Positions 18,223 to 27,604 of a stretch of DNA of 64,000 nucleotides are shown one piece after another. The position numbers were made by a program, and so were the translations under genes. Position 1 is the stretch's first letter. Each line of letters begins with the position of its first letter. This stretch comes from Candidatus Saccharicenans sp. GTDB lineage: Bacteria; Acidobacteriota; Aminicenantia; Aminicenantales; Saccharicenantaceae. Below the pieces are notes generated by a model that had not been told where the DNA came from, did no database searches, and saw nothing but the letters and a program-made list of their open reading frames with translations. Location of the stretch: assembly GCA_029907135.1 (NCBI GenBank), contig JARYMJ010000002.1, forward strand, positions 10,897 to 74,896, written 5' to 3'.

Positions 18223-19359
18223 ATGAACACCTTCTGGCGACAGGACCAAAAACCAGGGAGAGAGCCCTTCCGGGGGCTCTCTTCCGGGCCATTAACTGAT
18301 ATTCAAATTCTGGCTATCACCGGTCTGGCCATAATCTTCTTTTTAACTCTGGTCCTGAATCCGCCTGAAGCGGGAGCAGGCGGTCAAGGAAAGAAGATTG
18401 TGGAACGGATTATTCCCCTGGTTGAAGATAAAGGGCTGGCCCAAAGCGAGGATCAGAATTACCTCTTCAACTATCCTTCCGGCCTTGATGTCTGTTTCGA
18501 ATCAGTCTTTGTGCTTGATACCATGAACGACAGGATCCAGGTTTTTGACCTTCAGGGGAGTTTCAAACATTCGATCGGGCAAAGGGGGAAAGGTCCCGGA
18601 GAATTCAACAGTCCCGAGGGCTTTTTTGTCGAGGTCGAAACCAGAAAAATGTATGTGGCTGATACCAGAAATTTAAGGCTTCAGGTACTTGACCTGGCAG
18701 GAAAAGAAATAATTACAATGAACCTGCGCTTTGCACCGGCAGGAGTGGTGGCCAGAAAAGAGCGGATCTATTTGCTAGCTTTTCCCGGCAGTTCTCTGGT
18801 GCTGAAGAAAGAACCACTGATAAAAACATTCGGAGCCGATCTTCAGCCCGGAGAAGGTTTGCTGGAACCCATCAAGACCAATGACCTGCTAATGAACATG
18901 ATGGCTAATTCGATTCTTCTTAAAAAGGATCGTCAGGGCAACCTGGTCTGTGCCCGTCAGTTCGGCCTTAACCAGGTCCTGGTCTTTGATGAACGGAACA
19001 GATTGAGCCGCAGCTTTGAAATACTTTATAAGGGCAGCAATCTGGCCAAACCCGGAGTAGACCTTAAGCTCAAAAGCGACCAGGATGTCCAGAAAGTCGC
19101 CTTCATAGTCGCCGACCTGGCTTTCGATTCCAGGAACAATTATTATTTCCTGGCCGGCCTGAGCGGGTTACAGGCTGATGGTCAGCCCGAAAAAAGCAGG
19201 GAAATTTACAAATATGACCAAAAAGGCAACTACCTGGGGACCATCATTCTCCCGGACCAGGCCAGGTTGATAGCCTTCGGCCCGGATGATTCTCTATTCC
19301 TGGTTGACGGAAATTTTCAGCTAAGAAAATTCAAAATTCGTGGAGGCCGCCGCCAATGA
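18223..19359 (+). CDS. Membrane-anchored NHL-repeat / 6-bladed beta-propeller protein
   Basis: One TM, then NHL repeats FNYPSGLDV..VFVLDTMNDRIQVFD, GKGPGEFNSPEG, MYVADTRNLRLQV. Start placed at ATG 18223, after the peptide gene. Confidence 0.85.
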   Translation: MNTFWRQDQKPGREPFRGLSSGPLTDIQILAITGLAIIFFLTLVLNPPEAGAGGQGKKIVERIIPLVEDKGLAQSEDQNYLFNYPSGLDVCFESVFVLDTMNDRIQVFDLQGSFKHSIGQRGKGPGEFNSPEGFFVEVETRKMYVADTRNLRLQVLDLAGKEIITMNLRFAPAGVVARKERIYLLAFPGSSLVLKKEPLIKTFGADLQPGEGLLEPIKTNDLLMNMMANSILLKKDRQGNLVCARQFGLNQVLVFDERNRLSRSFEILYKGSNLAKPGVDLKLKSDQDVQKVAFIVADLAFDSRNNYYFLAGLSGLQADGQPEKSREIYKYDQKGNYLGTIILPDQARLIAFGPDDSLFLVDGNFQLRKFKIRGGRRQ

Positions 19360-19955
19360 AGCTCAAATTCCTGCTGCCGATTGTCTTCTTTATTCTTGCC
19401 TCCGTCTTCTGGGGATACAGCAATCATCTGAAGTTTAGCCGCTGTCAGCAGGTCAACCAGGAACTGATGAAAGAAATGAAGAAAATTACTAAGGAGTCCG
19501 AGTCTGCAGCTCAATTCTTGAACGAAGGAGATAGCTTTAGTCATCCCATCAGTTTATCCCTGCTCAATGACCACCCGCTGGAACTGTTGCCTGAGGGAAC
19601 CTATCTGCTAATTTTTGTCAGCTCCACCTGTCCCGCCTGCCTGAATGTGGCTCAGGACCTCTATGCTGATTTGAGCCATTTTGAAGAATACGGATTGAGA
19701 GTAATCTCTTTAAGCCGGGATGGCCAGGAGGCCCTGAAACGGCTGATGAGCGAGAACCACTGGCCCCTGCCTTTAGCCTACGATCCTGCCGGAAGGTTAC
19801 ATCAGCTCTTCAGGATCTCCGGGGTTCCGTCAATCGTACTCATTCACCAGGCAACTGTCAGATTGAAAGCTGACGCCATGTCCATTGACCGCAAGCGGCC
19901 AGAATTAAAAGAGCTGCTGAACCTTTTCCTGGGTCCGACAGGTCCCGGCCGCTAA
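19356..19955 (+). CDS. Membrane-anchored TlpA/AhpC-TSA-type redoxin (thiol-disulfide oxidoreductase)
   Basis: FVSSTCPAC (CxxC), YDPAG, cis-Pro loop GVPSIV; ATGA overlap with the propeller gene. Confidence 0.8.
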   Translation: MKLKFLLPIVFFILASVFWGYSNHLKFSRCQQVNQELMKEMKKITKESESAAQFLNEGDSFSHPISLSLLNDHPLELLPEGTYLLIFVSSTCPACLNVAQDLYADLSHFEEYGLRVISLSRDGQEALKRLMSENHWPLPLAYDPAGRLHQLFRISGVPSIVLIHQATVRLKADAMSIDRKRPELKELLNLFLGPTGPGR

Positions 19956-20191
19956 AGGCCTCAACCGGCTGGTCCGAACCTTCGAACCGAAAATAGATAT
20001 TATCTGATAAGGCCTTTGGCCGCCGGCCCCTTTATGTCCAGTCTATGAATCCTGATACATTACAGGACTATATCCGGCCGTCCCTCCCTGTTTTTTGATT
20101 TGCAGATGGCTGACTTGACACAACCCGCTTGCTATCTTTAATATACTCAGGACGCCGGTTTTCTGATAAAATTGCCTGTAAGAGAGCCGAT

Positions 20192-21154
20192 ATGAAAGAA
20201 AAGCTTGATTTCTATTCTCTGGAGCGACCCATTCTGGCCTTGAAAGAGCAGATAGATGCTCTGGAAGCCAGCGAAGACTCCAACCGCAAGGAGAAAATCG
20301 CCGCTCTTAAAGCCCAGATAGAAAAGGAATGGAAAAAAATCGTCCCCAACCTGACGGCGGTGCACATCGTCCAGATGGCCCGACATCCCAAGAGACCTTA
20401 CACCCTTGATTACATCAAGGCACTCTTTCAGGACTTCATGGAATTCCACGGCGACCGCCGCTTTGCCGATGACCCGGCGATTGTGGCCGGACTGGCCTTT
20501 TACAAGGGTCAGACGGTGGCTGTCATCGGCCACCAGAAGGGCCGGACCACCAAGGCCCGGATAGAACGTAATTTCGGCCAGCCCAACCCGGAAGGCTACC
20601 GCAAGGCTCTACGGATAATGCAGATGGCCGAAAAATTCGGTTTCCCGGTCATCACCTTTGTGGATACCCCCGGAGCCTACCCCGGTATCGGAGCCGAAGA
20701 ACGGGGCCAGGCCGAAGCCATCGCCTATAACCTGAAAATCATATCCCGCCTCCGGACACCGATCATCAACGTTATCATCGGCGAGGGTGGAAGCGGCGGC
20801 GGCCTTGGTATTGGCTTCGGTGATGCCATGCTGATGCTGGAATATGCCTTCTATTCTGTTATCTCCCCCGAAGGTTGCGCCGCCATCCTCTGGAAAGACC
20901 AGGGGCCGATGGCCGTGGAACAGGCAGCCGAAAATCTGGGTATCAGGGCTCAGAAGCTGTTTGAGCTCGGCATCATCGATAAGCTCATCCCCGAGCCGCC
21001 CGGCGGTGCCCACATTGATTACGAAACCATTTTCAAGAACGTGGATAAACACCTCAGCCAGACCCTGAAAAAGCTGCAGCAGCTTTCGACCGAAGAACTA
21101 CTGGCTGAACGTTACCGGAAGATCAGGCGGCAGGGGGTCTTCGAAATTAAATAA
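20192..21154 (+). CDS. accA: Acetyl-CoA carboxylase carboxyltransferase alpha subunit
   Basis: ARHPKRP, HGDRRFADD, DTPGAYPGIGAEERGQ, YSVISPEGCAAILW. Confidence 0.96.
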   Translation: MKEKLDFYSLERPILALKEQIDALEASEDSNRKEKIAALKAQIEKEWKKIVPNLTAVHIVQMARHPKRPYTLDYIKALFQDFMEFHGDRRFADDPAIVAGLAFYKGQTVAVIGHQKGRTTKARIERNFGQPNPEGYRKALRIMQMAEKFGFPVITFVDTPGAYPGIGAEERGQAEAIAYNLKIISRLRTPIINVIIGEGGSGGGLGIGFGDAMLMLEYAFYSVISPEGCAAILWKDQGPMAVEQAAENLGIRAQKLFELGIIDKLIPEPPGGAHIDYETIFKNVDKHLSQTLKKLQQLSTEELLAERYRKIRRQGVFEIK

Positions 21155-21203
21155 GAGCCTTAACCCCAGGCCGGACCAGGGAGAAAAAAGCAGGCCTCAG
21201 ACC

Positions 21204-22478
21204 ATGAGCGATAACCAGCCGAAAAAAGAAATCAGCGCCATCAAGGGCACCAGGGACATACTGCCGGATGAGGTCCGGTTGTGGCAGATAGCCGAAGCTC
21301 GGGCCAGGGAAATCTTCGAACTCTACGGTTACCGCGAGCTCCGCGCCCCGGTCATCGAGCCGACCGAGCTTTTTGAAAAGGGCACCGGAGCTTCCTCCGA
21401 TATCGTCACCAAGGAAATGTACACTTTCACCGACAAGGGCGGACGTTCGGTTACTCTGCGACCGGAATATACGCCGTCTGTCGTCCGGGCCATCATCGAG
21501 CACCGGCTGGACCTGCAGGCTCAGCCGCTGCGCTTCTATTACATTGGCCCCATGTTCCGCTATGACCGGCCCCAGAAAGGCCGTTACCGCCAGTTCCACC
21601 AGATTGACATAGAAGTCTTCGGCGAGAAAGACCCGGCCGTGGACGCCGAAATCGTGGAAATGGCTCATCGTCTGCTCGGACAGCTGGGCGTGGAAAAGGT
21701 GATGACCCTGGTCAACTCGGTCGGTTGCCGGAAATGCCGTCCGGCCTACGGCCAGCAACTGAGACAAGCGGCCCTGGCCGCCAAGGATAAGCTCTGTCCT
21801 GATTGCCAGAGAAAAGCTGAGCTCAATCCCCTGCGCCTTTTCGATTGTAAAATTGACAGCTGCCGGGAAGTGGCGGCCACCTTCCCCCTGATTTCAGATT
21901 TTCTGTGCCCAGAATGCCGGGGACATTTCCAGAAGTTCCGGGAATACCTGGATTTTTACGGAATCGAGCATAAAGTTGAACCGACCCTGGTTCGTGGCCT
22001 TGACTACTACACCAAGACCGCTTTTGAAATTGTGGCTGAACACCTGGGGGCTCAGAATGCCATCTGCGGCGGCGGGCGCTATGATGACATGGTCAGGGAG
22101 TTCGGCGGACCGGACCTCTGCGGCATCGGTTTTGCCATGGGAATGGAAAGGCTACTCTCGGTAGCCCGGATAGAGGTCCCCAAGGACAGCTTTGTCTACT
22201 TCGCCTACCTCGGCGACCAGGCTAAAAAAGACAGCCTGCGGCTGGCCCGGTTGCTGCGCTCGGAAGGTATAGAGTGCCTGGTGGAATTCAAGGAACGCGG
22301 CATGAAAGCTCATTTCAGCCGGGCCAATAAACTGGGTGCCGACTGGGTGCTGATAGTTGGCGAGGACGAACTCAAAAAGGGAAAATTCCAGCTTAAGGAC
22401 ATGGTCAATTCCAAGCAGTTCGAGGGCTCGGCCCTGGAACTGGTGGGCATAATCAAAGGGAAAAAAATCCTGGAATAA
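21204..22478 (+). CDS. hisS: Histidine--tRNA ligase
   Basis: LRPEYT, FRYDRPQKGRYRQFHQ, LVRGLDYYT, GGGRYD, GFAMGMER. Confidence 0.97.
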   Translation: MSDNQPKKEISAIKGTRDILPDEVRLWQIAEARAREIFELYGYRELRAPVIEPTELFEKGTGASSDIVTKEMYTFTDKGGRSVTLRPEYTPSVVRAIIEHRLDLQAQPLRFYYIGPMFRYDRPQKGRYRQFHQIDIEVFGEKDPAVDAEIVEMAHRLLGQLGVEKVMTLVNSVGCRKCRPAYGQQLRQAALAAKDKLCPDCQRKAELNPLRLFDCKIDSCREVAATFPLISDFLCPECRGHFQKFREYLDFYGIEHKVEPTLVRGLDYYTKTAFEIVAEHLGAQNAICGGGRYDDMVREFGGPDLCGIGFAMGMERLLSVARIEVPKDSFVYFAYLGDQAKKDSLRLARLLRSEGIECLVEFKERGMKAHFSRANKLGADWVLIVGEDELKKGKFQLKDMVNSKQFEGSALELVGIIKGKKILE

Positions 22479-22496
22479 AACTGAACCGAACTGGAA

Positions 22497-24293
22497 GTGG
22501 ATATGGGAAATTCAACCGGAGACCAACGGCGGGCGGCCAGAACTGATTACTGTGGAGAACTGCGGGCCAAAGATTCCGGCCGGGAAGTAATCCTGGCCGG
22601 CTGGGTGCAACGGGTCAGAGATATCGGCAGCCTGGTCTTCGTGGACTTAAGGGACAGAAGCGGACTGGTGCAGCTGGTGGTAAGAAGCGACCGGCCGGAA
22701 CTCCTGGAGCAGGCCAAGAAACTGCGGGGCGAATTTGTCATCCAGGTCCGGGGCCAGGTCAAGAAACGGGAAGCTGCGGCTGTAAACCCCGAATTGCCCA
22801 CGGGAGAAGTGGAGGTTGAGATTGAAGATCTGGGTGTCCTGAACCAAGCCAGAATCCCGCCTTTTGTCATCGCCGACCCACCCCAGGCTTCCGAGGAGCT
22901 GCGCTTCAAATTCCGTTATTTAGACCTGCGCCGGCCAGCCATGCAGAAAAATGTCATCTTGCGGCACCGGGCGGCACTGCTCACCAGGAATTTTCTCAGC
23001 CGGAAAGGTTTCCTGGAAATAGAAACCCCCTTCCTGACGAAATCCACTCCAGAAGGGGCCCGGGACTACCTGGTGCCCAGCCGTATTCACCACGGGAAAT
23101 TTTACGCCCTGCCTCAGTCGCCCCAGCTTTTCAAGCAGATTCTGATGATTTCCGGTTTTGACCGCTATTTTCAGATTGTCAGGTGCTTTCGCGATGAAGA
23201 TTTAAGGGCTGACCGCCAGCCGGAGTTCACCCAGGTTGACATCGAAATGAGTTTCATCCAGAGGGAAGACCTGTTCGAACTCGTGGAAGAGCTGATGGCT
23301 GAATTTTTTGCCCTGGAGGGTTTCGAGGTCAGCCGACCCTTCCCTGCCCTGAGTTATGACCAGGCCCTCAACCTTTACGGTTCGGATAAGCCGGACTTAA
23401 GAGACCCTATAACCATAGAAGAGCTGACCGATATCGGCCGGGCTTCGGGCTCTGAGCTCCTGGTCAGCCTGATTGAAAAGGGCGGGGTGCTCAAAGGCCT
23501 GCTGGTCAAAGGCGGCGGCAGTTTCTCCCGCTCCCGGCTGGATAAATTGCAGGAAGAAGCCAGGGCCCTGGGAGCCGGCGGCTTAATCTGGATTAAAAAA
23601 GCCGAAAGTGGTCTGAAGAGTTCCCTAAAACTCCAGCCGGATAAGCTACAGGCTATCTGGCAGGCACTGAAGGCTGAAGACCAGGACCTGGGGTTATTGG
23701 TGGCTTCTGACTTTACGACCGCAGTTAAAGTCCTGGGTGAATTCAGGAAGAATTTCATCCTGGAAAAAATAAAAGAAGGAGGACTGGACGGGAAAAAGCT
23801 GGCTTTCTGCTGGGTGACTGACTTCCCGCTTTTTGAATGGAGCGAGGAGGAAAAGAAAATCGTCTCTATGCACCATCCTTTTACTTCTCCCAACCCGGCT
23901 GACCTGGATTATCTGGAGACCGAACCCTTCAAAGTCAAAGCGCTGGCTTACGACTTAGTGCTCAACGGGTATGAAGTAGGCGGAGGATCGATCAGGATCC
24001 ACCAACCGGACCTTCAGGCTAAGATATTCAAGATTCTGGGTCTGACTCCGGAACAGGCCGAAGAAAAATTCGGCTTTTTCCTGGAAGCCCTGACTTATGG
24101 GGCTCCACCCCACGGCGGAATAGCCCTGGGTTTTGACCGCCTGGTAATGCTCCTTTGTGGAGAGGATTCCATACGGGAAGTCATCCCCTTCCCCAAGACG
24201 ACCAGCGCCCTGTGCCTGATGACCGGTTCACCTTCGCCGGTCGACCCTCGCCAGCTCGAAGAGCTCGGCCTGGAAATCACCAAGAAAAAATAG
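22497..24293 (+). CDS. aspS: Aspartate--tRNA ligase
   Basis: YLDLRR, STPEGARDY, ALPQSPQLFKQ, DEDLRADRQPEF, PPHGGIALGFDR. Confidence 0.97.
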   Translation: MDMGNSTGDQRRAARTDYCGELRAKDSGREVILAGWVQRVRDIGSLVFVDLRDRSGLVQLVVRSDRPELLEQAKKLRGEFVIQVRGQVKKREAAAVNPELPTGEVEVEIEDLGVLNQARIPPFVIADPPQASEELRFKFRYLDLRRPAMQKNVILRHRAALLTRNFLSRKGFLEIETPFLTKSTPEGARDYLVPSRIHHGKFYALPQSPQLFKQILMISGFDRYFQIVRCFRDEDLRADRQPEFTQVDIEMSFIQREDLFELVEELMAEFFALEGFEVSRPFPALSYDQALNLYGSDKPDLRDPITIEELTDIGRASGSELLVSLIEKGGVLKGLLVKGGGSFSRSRLDKLQEEARALGAGGLIWIKKAESGLKSSLKLQPDKLQAIWQALKAEDQDLGLLVASDFTTAVKVLGEFRKNFILEKIKEGGLDGKKLAFCWVTDFPLFEWSEEEKKIVSMHHPFTSPNPADLDYLETEPFKVKALAYDLVLNGYEVGGGSIRIHQPDLQAKIFKILGLTPEQAEEKFGFFLEALTYGAPPHGGIALGFDRLVMLLCGEDSIREVIPFPKTTSALCLMTGSPSPVDPRQLEELGLEITKKK

Positions 24294-24529
24294 CGCCCGC
24301 CGAAGCATTGGATCTGGCCCCACTCTGAGCAGCTGAACAGCTGTTTTCGTTTAATTTATTCTAAATGAGCGAATGGAAGGCTACTGGCGGCCAGCTTAAT
24401 TTTAGCCGGGGACTAAACCGCAACACATATTTTTCCTCAAGCCCCGGGAAAAAACTAAATTGGCAATCCTGGCTTTTTTTAAGCCGATAAGGCCATCCGA
24501 TAAGGCTTAAACCTGCGGCGCTAAATTTC

Positions 24530-25207
24530 TCAGGTCTTTTTCCGGCCGAACTTCAGCCCGGCGCTTAAAATCAAGGCCCGGCTCTTGATGGTCTCGTAAT
24601 ATTCCAGGGTTCCCTTCCCGAGGCTCAGGTTGCTCAGACCGTGAAAATAGCAAATCTCAATGAACGGACTAATTTTCTCCAGCTTGAATTCCAGGCCGAC
24701 TCCAGCTACCAGTCCAGGATCCAGCTTCCTGGTATCCGGCTTAAGGTCAGTATCCCACCCGCCGGGAGGAGGTCCGAAAGGCTGTCCCCGATTGCTCAAA
24801 ATAAAAGCCAGCTCATATCCAGCCAGAAGATAGGGAGCTATTTTCGTATCCAGCCCTATTTTTACCAATCCGGTCTGGCTCAGCGTGCCGAGCCTGTAAA
24901 GATAAGACCCGGTCTTGGTATCCAGGTAATAAATTTCCAGCTCGGACCCTTTCTGGAGGTAACCGAGACCCAGGATTAAGCTGAGTGGAGCCCGGGGCAC
25001 CCTTAATTCCAGGCCGGCCCCCAGTCCGAACCCCGTTCGCCAGGCATTCTGATAGCGGAGCTCAGGGATTCCAACTGGCGGGGGCAGGCCCTGGTACCTG
25101 CCGCTGGTCAGCCCACCCCAGGCCCTGAAATCGGCCTGGAGGCCAGCCGGATGGGCAGCAGCAACCAGACCAAGGACCAGAACCAAGAGGAAGATTTCTC
25201 GGCGCAT
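24530..25207 (-). CDS. Outer-membrane beta-barrel (PorT/OMP_b-brl_2-like) protein, paralog 2
   Basis: Signal peptide; YLQKG, GLVAGVGLEF, YFHGLSNL, terminal beta-strand GLKF; SD GGAGGTG before ATG 25207. Confidence 0.75.
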   Translation of the reverse strand: MRREIFLLVLVLGLVAAAHPAGLQADFRAWGGLTSGRYQGLPPPVGIPELRYQNAWRTGFGLGAGLELRVPRAPLSLILGLGYLQKGSELEIYYLDTKTGSYLYRLGTLSQTGLVKIGLDTKIAPYLLAGYELAFILSNRGQPFGPPPGGWDTDLKPDTRKLDPGLVAGVGLEFKLEKISPFIEICYFHGLSNLSLGKGTLEYYETIKSRALILSAGLKFGRKKT

Positions 25208-25276
25208 CGCCTCACCTCCCAAAAATATCATCATGTAGATAGAAGACCCTTATACTTCCTAACTCCCAGGCAGGAG

Positions 25277-25906
25277 TCAGAACCGCCGGAACTTCAAACC
25301 AAGAACCAGGATTAAGTCTCTTGGCCTAAGATTCTTATAATCTTCAACCTTTCCCAATTTGGTGATTCCATGGTGATACCGGACCTCGGCCCAAATATCG
25401 AACTTCTTCAGTTTGGCTTCAATCCCCCCGCCGGCAACCAGGCCCAGGCCTATCTTGCTGGTGTCAGGTCTGATATCGAGGCCATGCCACTCATGTCTCA
25501 GGTTAGGGGATACCTCATAGCCCAAAAGGAAGAACACCGGCCCGCTGTCAGACGGCTTTACTTTTAGCAATCCAAGGTGGCTCAGGGTTAAAAGCTTAAA
25601 ATATTCCCTGTATAAGAATTCATCCCAGTAATACCAGGTGACTTCCTGACCTTTCTGAAGACAGCTCAATTCGGTTATCAGGCTGAGCCCGGAAAAGGCA
25701 ACAGGAAATTCCAGCCCGGCTCCCAGGCTGAAGCCTTGCTTTTTGCCGAGTTTATAACCGATTTCCGGAAAGGTATACCAGCCCGGCTGCCCGGCATACC
25801 AGGCCCAATCCAGGCCTCCCCAGAGCCTGATGGCCGGTCTGGCTTCAACAGACAGAGCAGTGGCTGTAATAAATAAAATAAGGAAAAGCAGCGCCCTCTC
25901 TTTCAT
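25277..25906 (-). CDS. Outer-membrane beta-barrel (PorT/OMP_b-brl_2-like) protein, paralog 1
   Basis: Start at ATG 25906 gives a signal peptide; CLQKG, GLVAGGGIE, EVRYHHG, GLKFRRF. Confidence 0.75.
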   Translation of the reverse strand: MKERALLFLILFITATALSVEARPAIRLWGGLDWAWYAGQPGWYTFPEIGYKLGKKQGFSLGAGLEFPVAFSGLSLITELSCLQKGQEVTWYYWDEFLYREYFKLLTLSHLGLLKVKPSDSGPVFFLLGYEVSPNLRHEWHGLDIRPDTSKIGLGLVAGGGIEAKLKKFDIWAEVRYHHGITKLGKVEDYKNLRPRDLILVLGLKFRRF

Positions 25907-26019
25907 GTAAGTTTTCCCTTTTTTAAATTTAAGAGCGCGGTCTTTCCCTGTCAAGGAATGAAAGCCCTGTAACCTATTAAAGACAAGCCCTGTCCTTAAC
26001 CCAAGGCTCCTCTCGCGGC

Positions 26020-26056
26020 AAAAATAAAGAGGGGCACCCCTCAGGCTGCCCCTTCT
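26020..26056 (-). terminator. Rho-independent terminator downstream of the M16 peptidase pair
   Basis: Minus strand AGGGGCA-loop-TGCCCCT followed by CTTTATTTTT. Confidence 0.65.
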
Positions 26057-26126
26057 CTTCAATTCTCCCGCAGGTTACACTAAGCCAACTTTTCCCAGGA
26101 GATATTCATTCTCCCCCGGGTAAAAC

Positions 26127-27593
26127 TCACTCCACCAGCTGGCCGGTCAGCGGGTCGAGCAGCTTGACCCGGTGAATCTTACCCAGCTTGTCCACAGGTC
26201 CAGGGAACTTGTCAGAGCCCTTGTTGCAGGGTTCAAAGTCGCCGACAATCATAATAACCATTTTGTCCGGATGGATGTATTTCCTGGCCACTTCCAGCAC
26301 TTTCTCTTTGGTCACTGCTTTAATCTTATCCCGGTAGGTGGCGTAATAATTCATCGGTTTGCCCTGGAGCTCGAGGTTGGCGAAATTCACCATGGTGCCA
26401 ATCGGGCTTTGGAAGAAATCGGCGAAGCTTTCCAGGTAGTAATTGATGGCCGTTTCCATCTCCGCCTCAGATACAGGTTCCTGCCTGATCCGCTCAAACT
26501 CTTTAAGAATCAGAGAAATGGCATAGCCGACGGTTTCCGATTTGGTCTGTACATAGCCGGAAAAAGTTCCGGGGAAGCCCCAGCGGTAGGTGAAGCGGCT
26601 GCCGGTGTTGTAGGCCAGGCCCTCATCCGAGCGGACTTTGGAAGTGATTCTGGAGGTAAAACTTCCGCCGCCCAGGATGAAATTCATCACCTGCACCGCA
26701 AAATAATCCGGGTTGGTGTCTTCAATTCCCAGATGGCCGACCGAGACGTAGCCCTGGTTTATCTTTTTCTGGATGAAGTAGACGCCGGGCTCCGGTTCGG
26801 GGAAATTCTTGCTGACCGCCGGGAAGCTCAAACTCTTATTAGCCCATTTGGCAGCATACTTATTTATCTTCGTTTTCAACTGGTCACGGCTAAAATCTCC
26901 CGCGGCCGCGATGATGATATTCTTCGGGAAAAAGTATTTGCTGTGAAAAGACTTGAGGTCAGCCGCAGTCAGGCTGTCCACCGTGGCTTTGGTCGCCTGG
27001 TAGGTCAATGGGTGCTCGCCGTACAGAACCCTCTGATACTCCCGGTTCAGCACCTGGCTGGGGTTATCGTTGGCTGTTCTCATCTGCTCTATCAAACGGC
27101 CTTTGGCCAGCTTTAAGCTATCCTCCCTGAATCCGGGGTTCATCAGGACGTCAAAGAAAATCTCCAGTCCCTCATCCAGGTCCTTGCTCAGTACCGACAG
27201 GGACAGGGTAGCCGTCCTCTCCCCGACGTTGAAGTTCAGGGTGCCACCCAGGAAATCTATCCTTTCCTCAATTTCCGAGCCGCTCCTGGTTTTAGTTCCG
27301 CCCTTGATCAAACACTCGGAAAGAAGTGAATCCAGGCCGGCTTTGTCCTTGGGCACGTACAGCCCGCCGGTGTGGATGATGGCCGTGAGGTTGACTATCG
27401 GCAGGGCTCTTTCTTCCCGGACGTAAGCCCGGAGGCCGTTGACCAACACCACCCGGAAGTTAGCTGGGTTGGGAGGTTCAAACTTCAGCGGAGGGAACTT
27501 CAGGTCTTCCGGCCTGGTCACCTGGGCTGAAACCAGCCCGGTGCTGCCGAGGAGCAGCAACAAAACCAGAAAAACAACTTTTATTTTTTTCAT
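26127..27593 (-). CDS. M16 (pitrilysin/insulinase family) peptidase, non-catalytic subunit
   Basis: Signal peptide; no HXXEH; ILGGGSFTSRI..VRSDEGLAY motif. Confidence 0.9.
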   Translation of the reverse strand: MKKIKVVFLVLLLLLGSTGLVSAQVTRPEDLKFPPLKFEPPNPANFRVVLVNGLRAYVREERALPIVNLTAIIHTGGLYVPKDKAGLDSLLSECLIKGGTKTRSGSEIEERIDFLGGTLNFNVGERTATLSLSVLSKDLDEGLEIFFDVLMNPGFREDSLKLAKGRLIEQMRTANDNPSQVLNREYQRVLYGEHPLTYQATKATVDSLTAADLKSFHSKYFFPKNIIIAAAGDFSRDQLKTKINKYAAKWANKSLSFPAVSKNFPEPEPGVYFIQKKINQGYVSVGHLGIEDTNPDYFAVQVMNFILGGGSFTSRITSKVRSDEGLAYNTGSRFTYRWGFPGTFSGYVQTKSETVGYAISLILKEFERIRQEPVSEAEMETAINYYLESFADFFQSPIGTMVNFANLELQGKPMNYYATYRDKIKAVTKEKVLEVARKYIHPDKMVIMIVGDFEPCNKGSDKFPGPVDKLGKIHRVKLLDPLTGQLVE

Positions 27594-27604
27594 GGCATCC
27601 CTCC

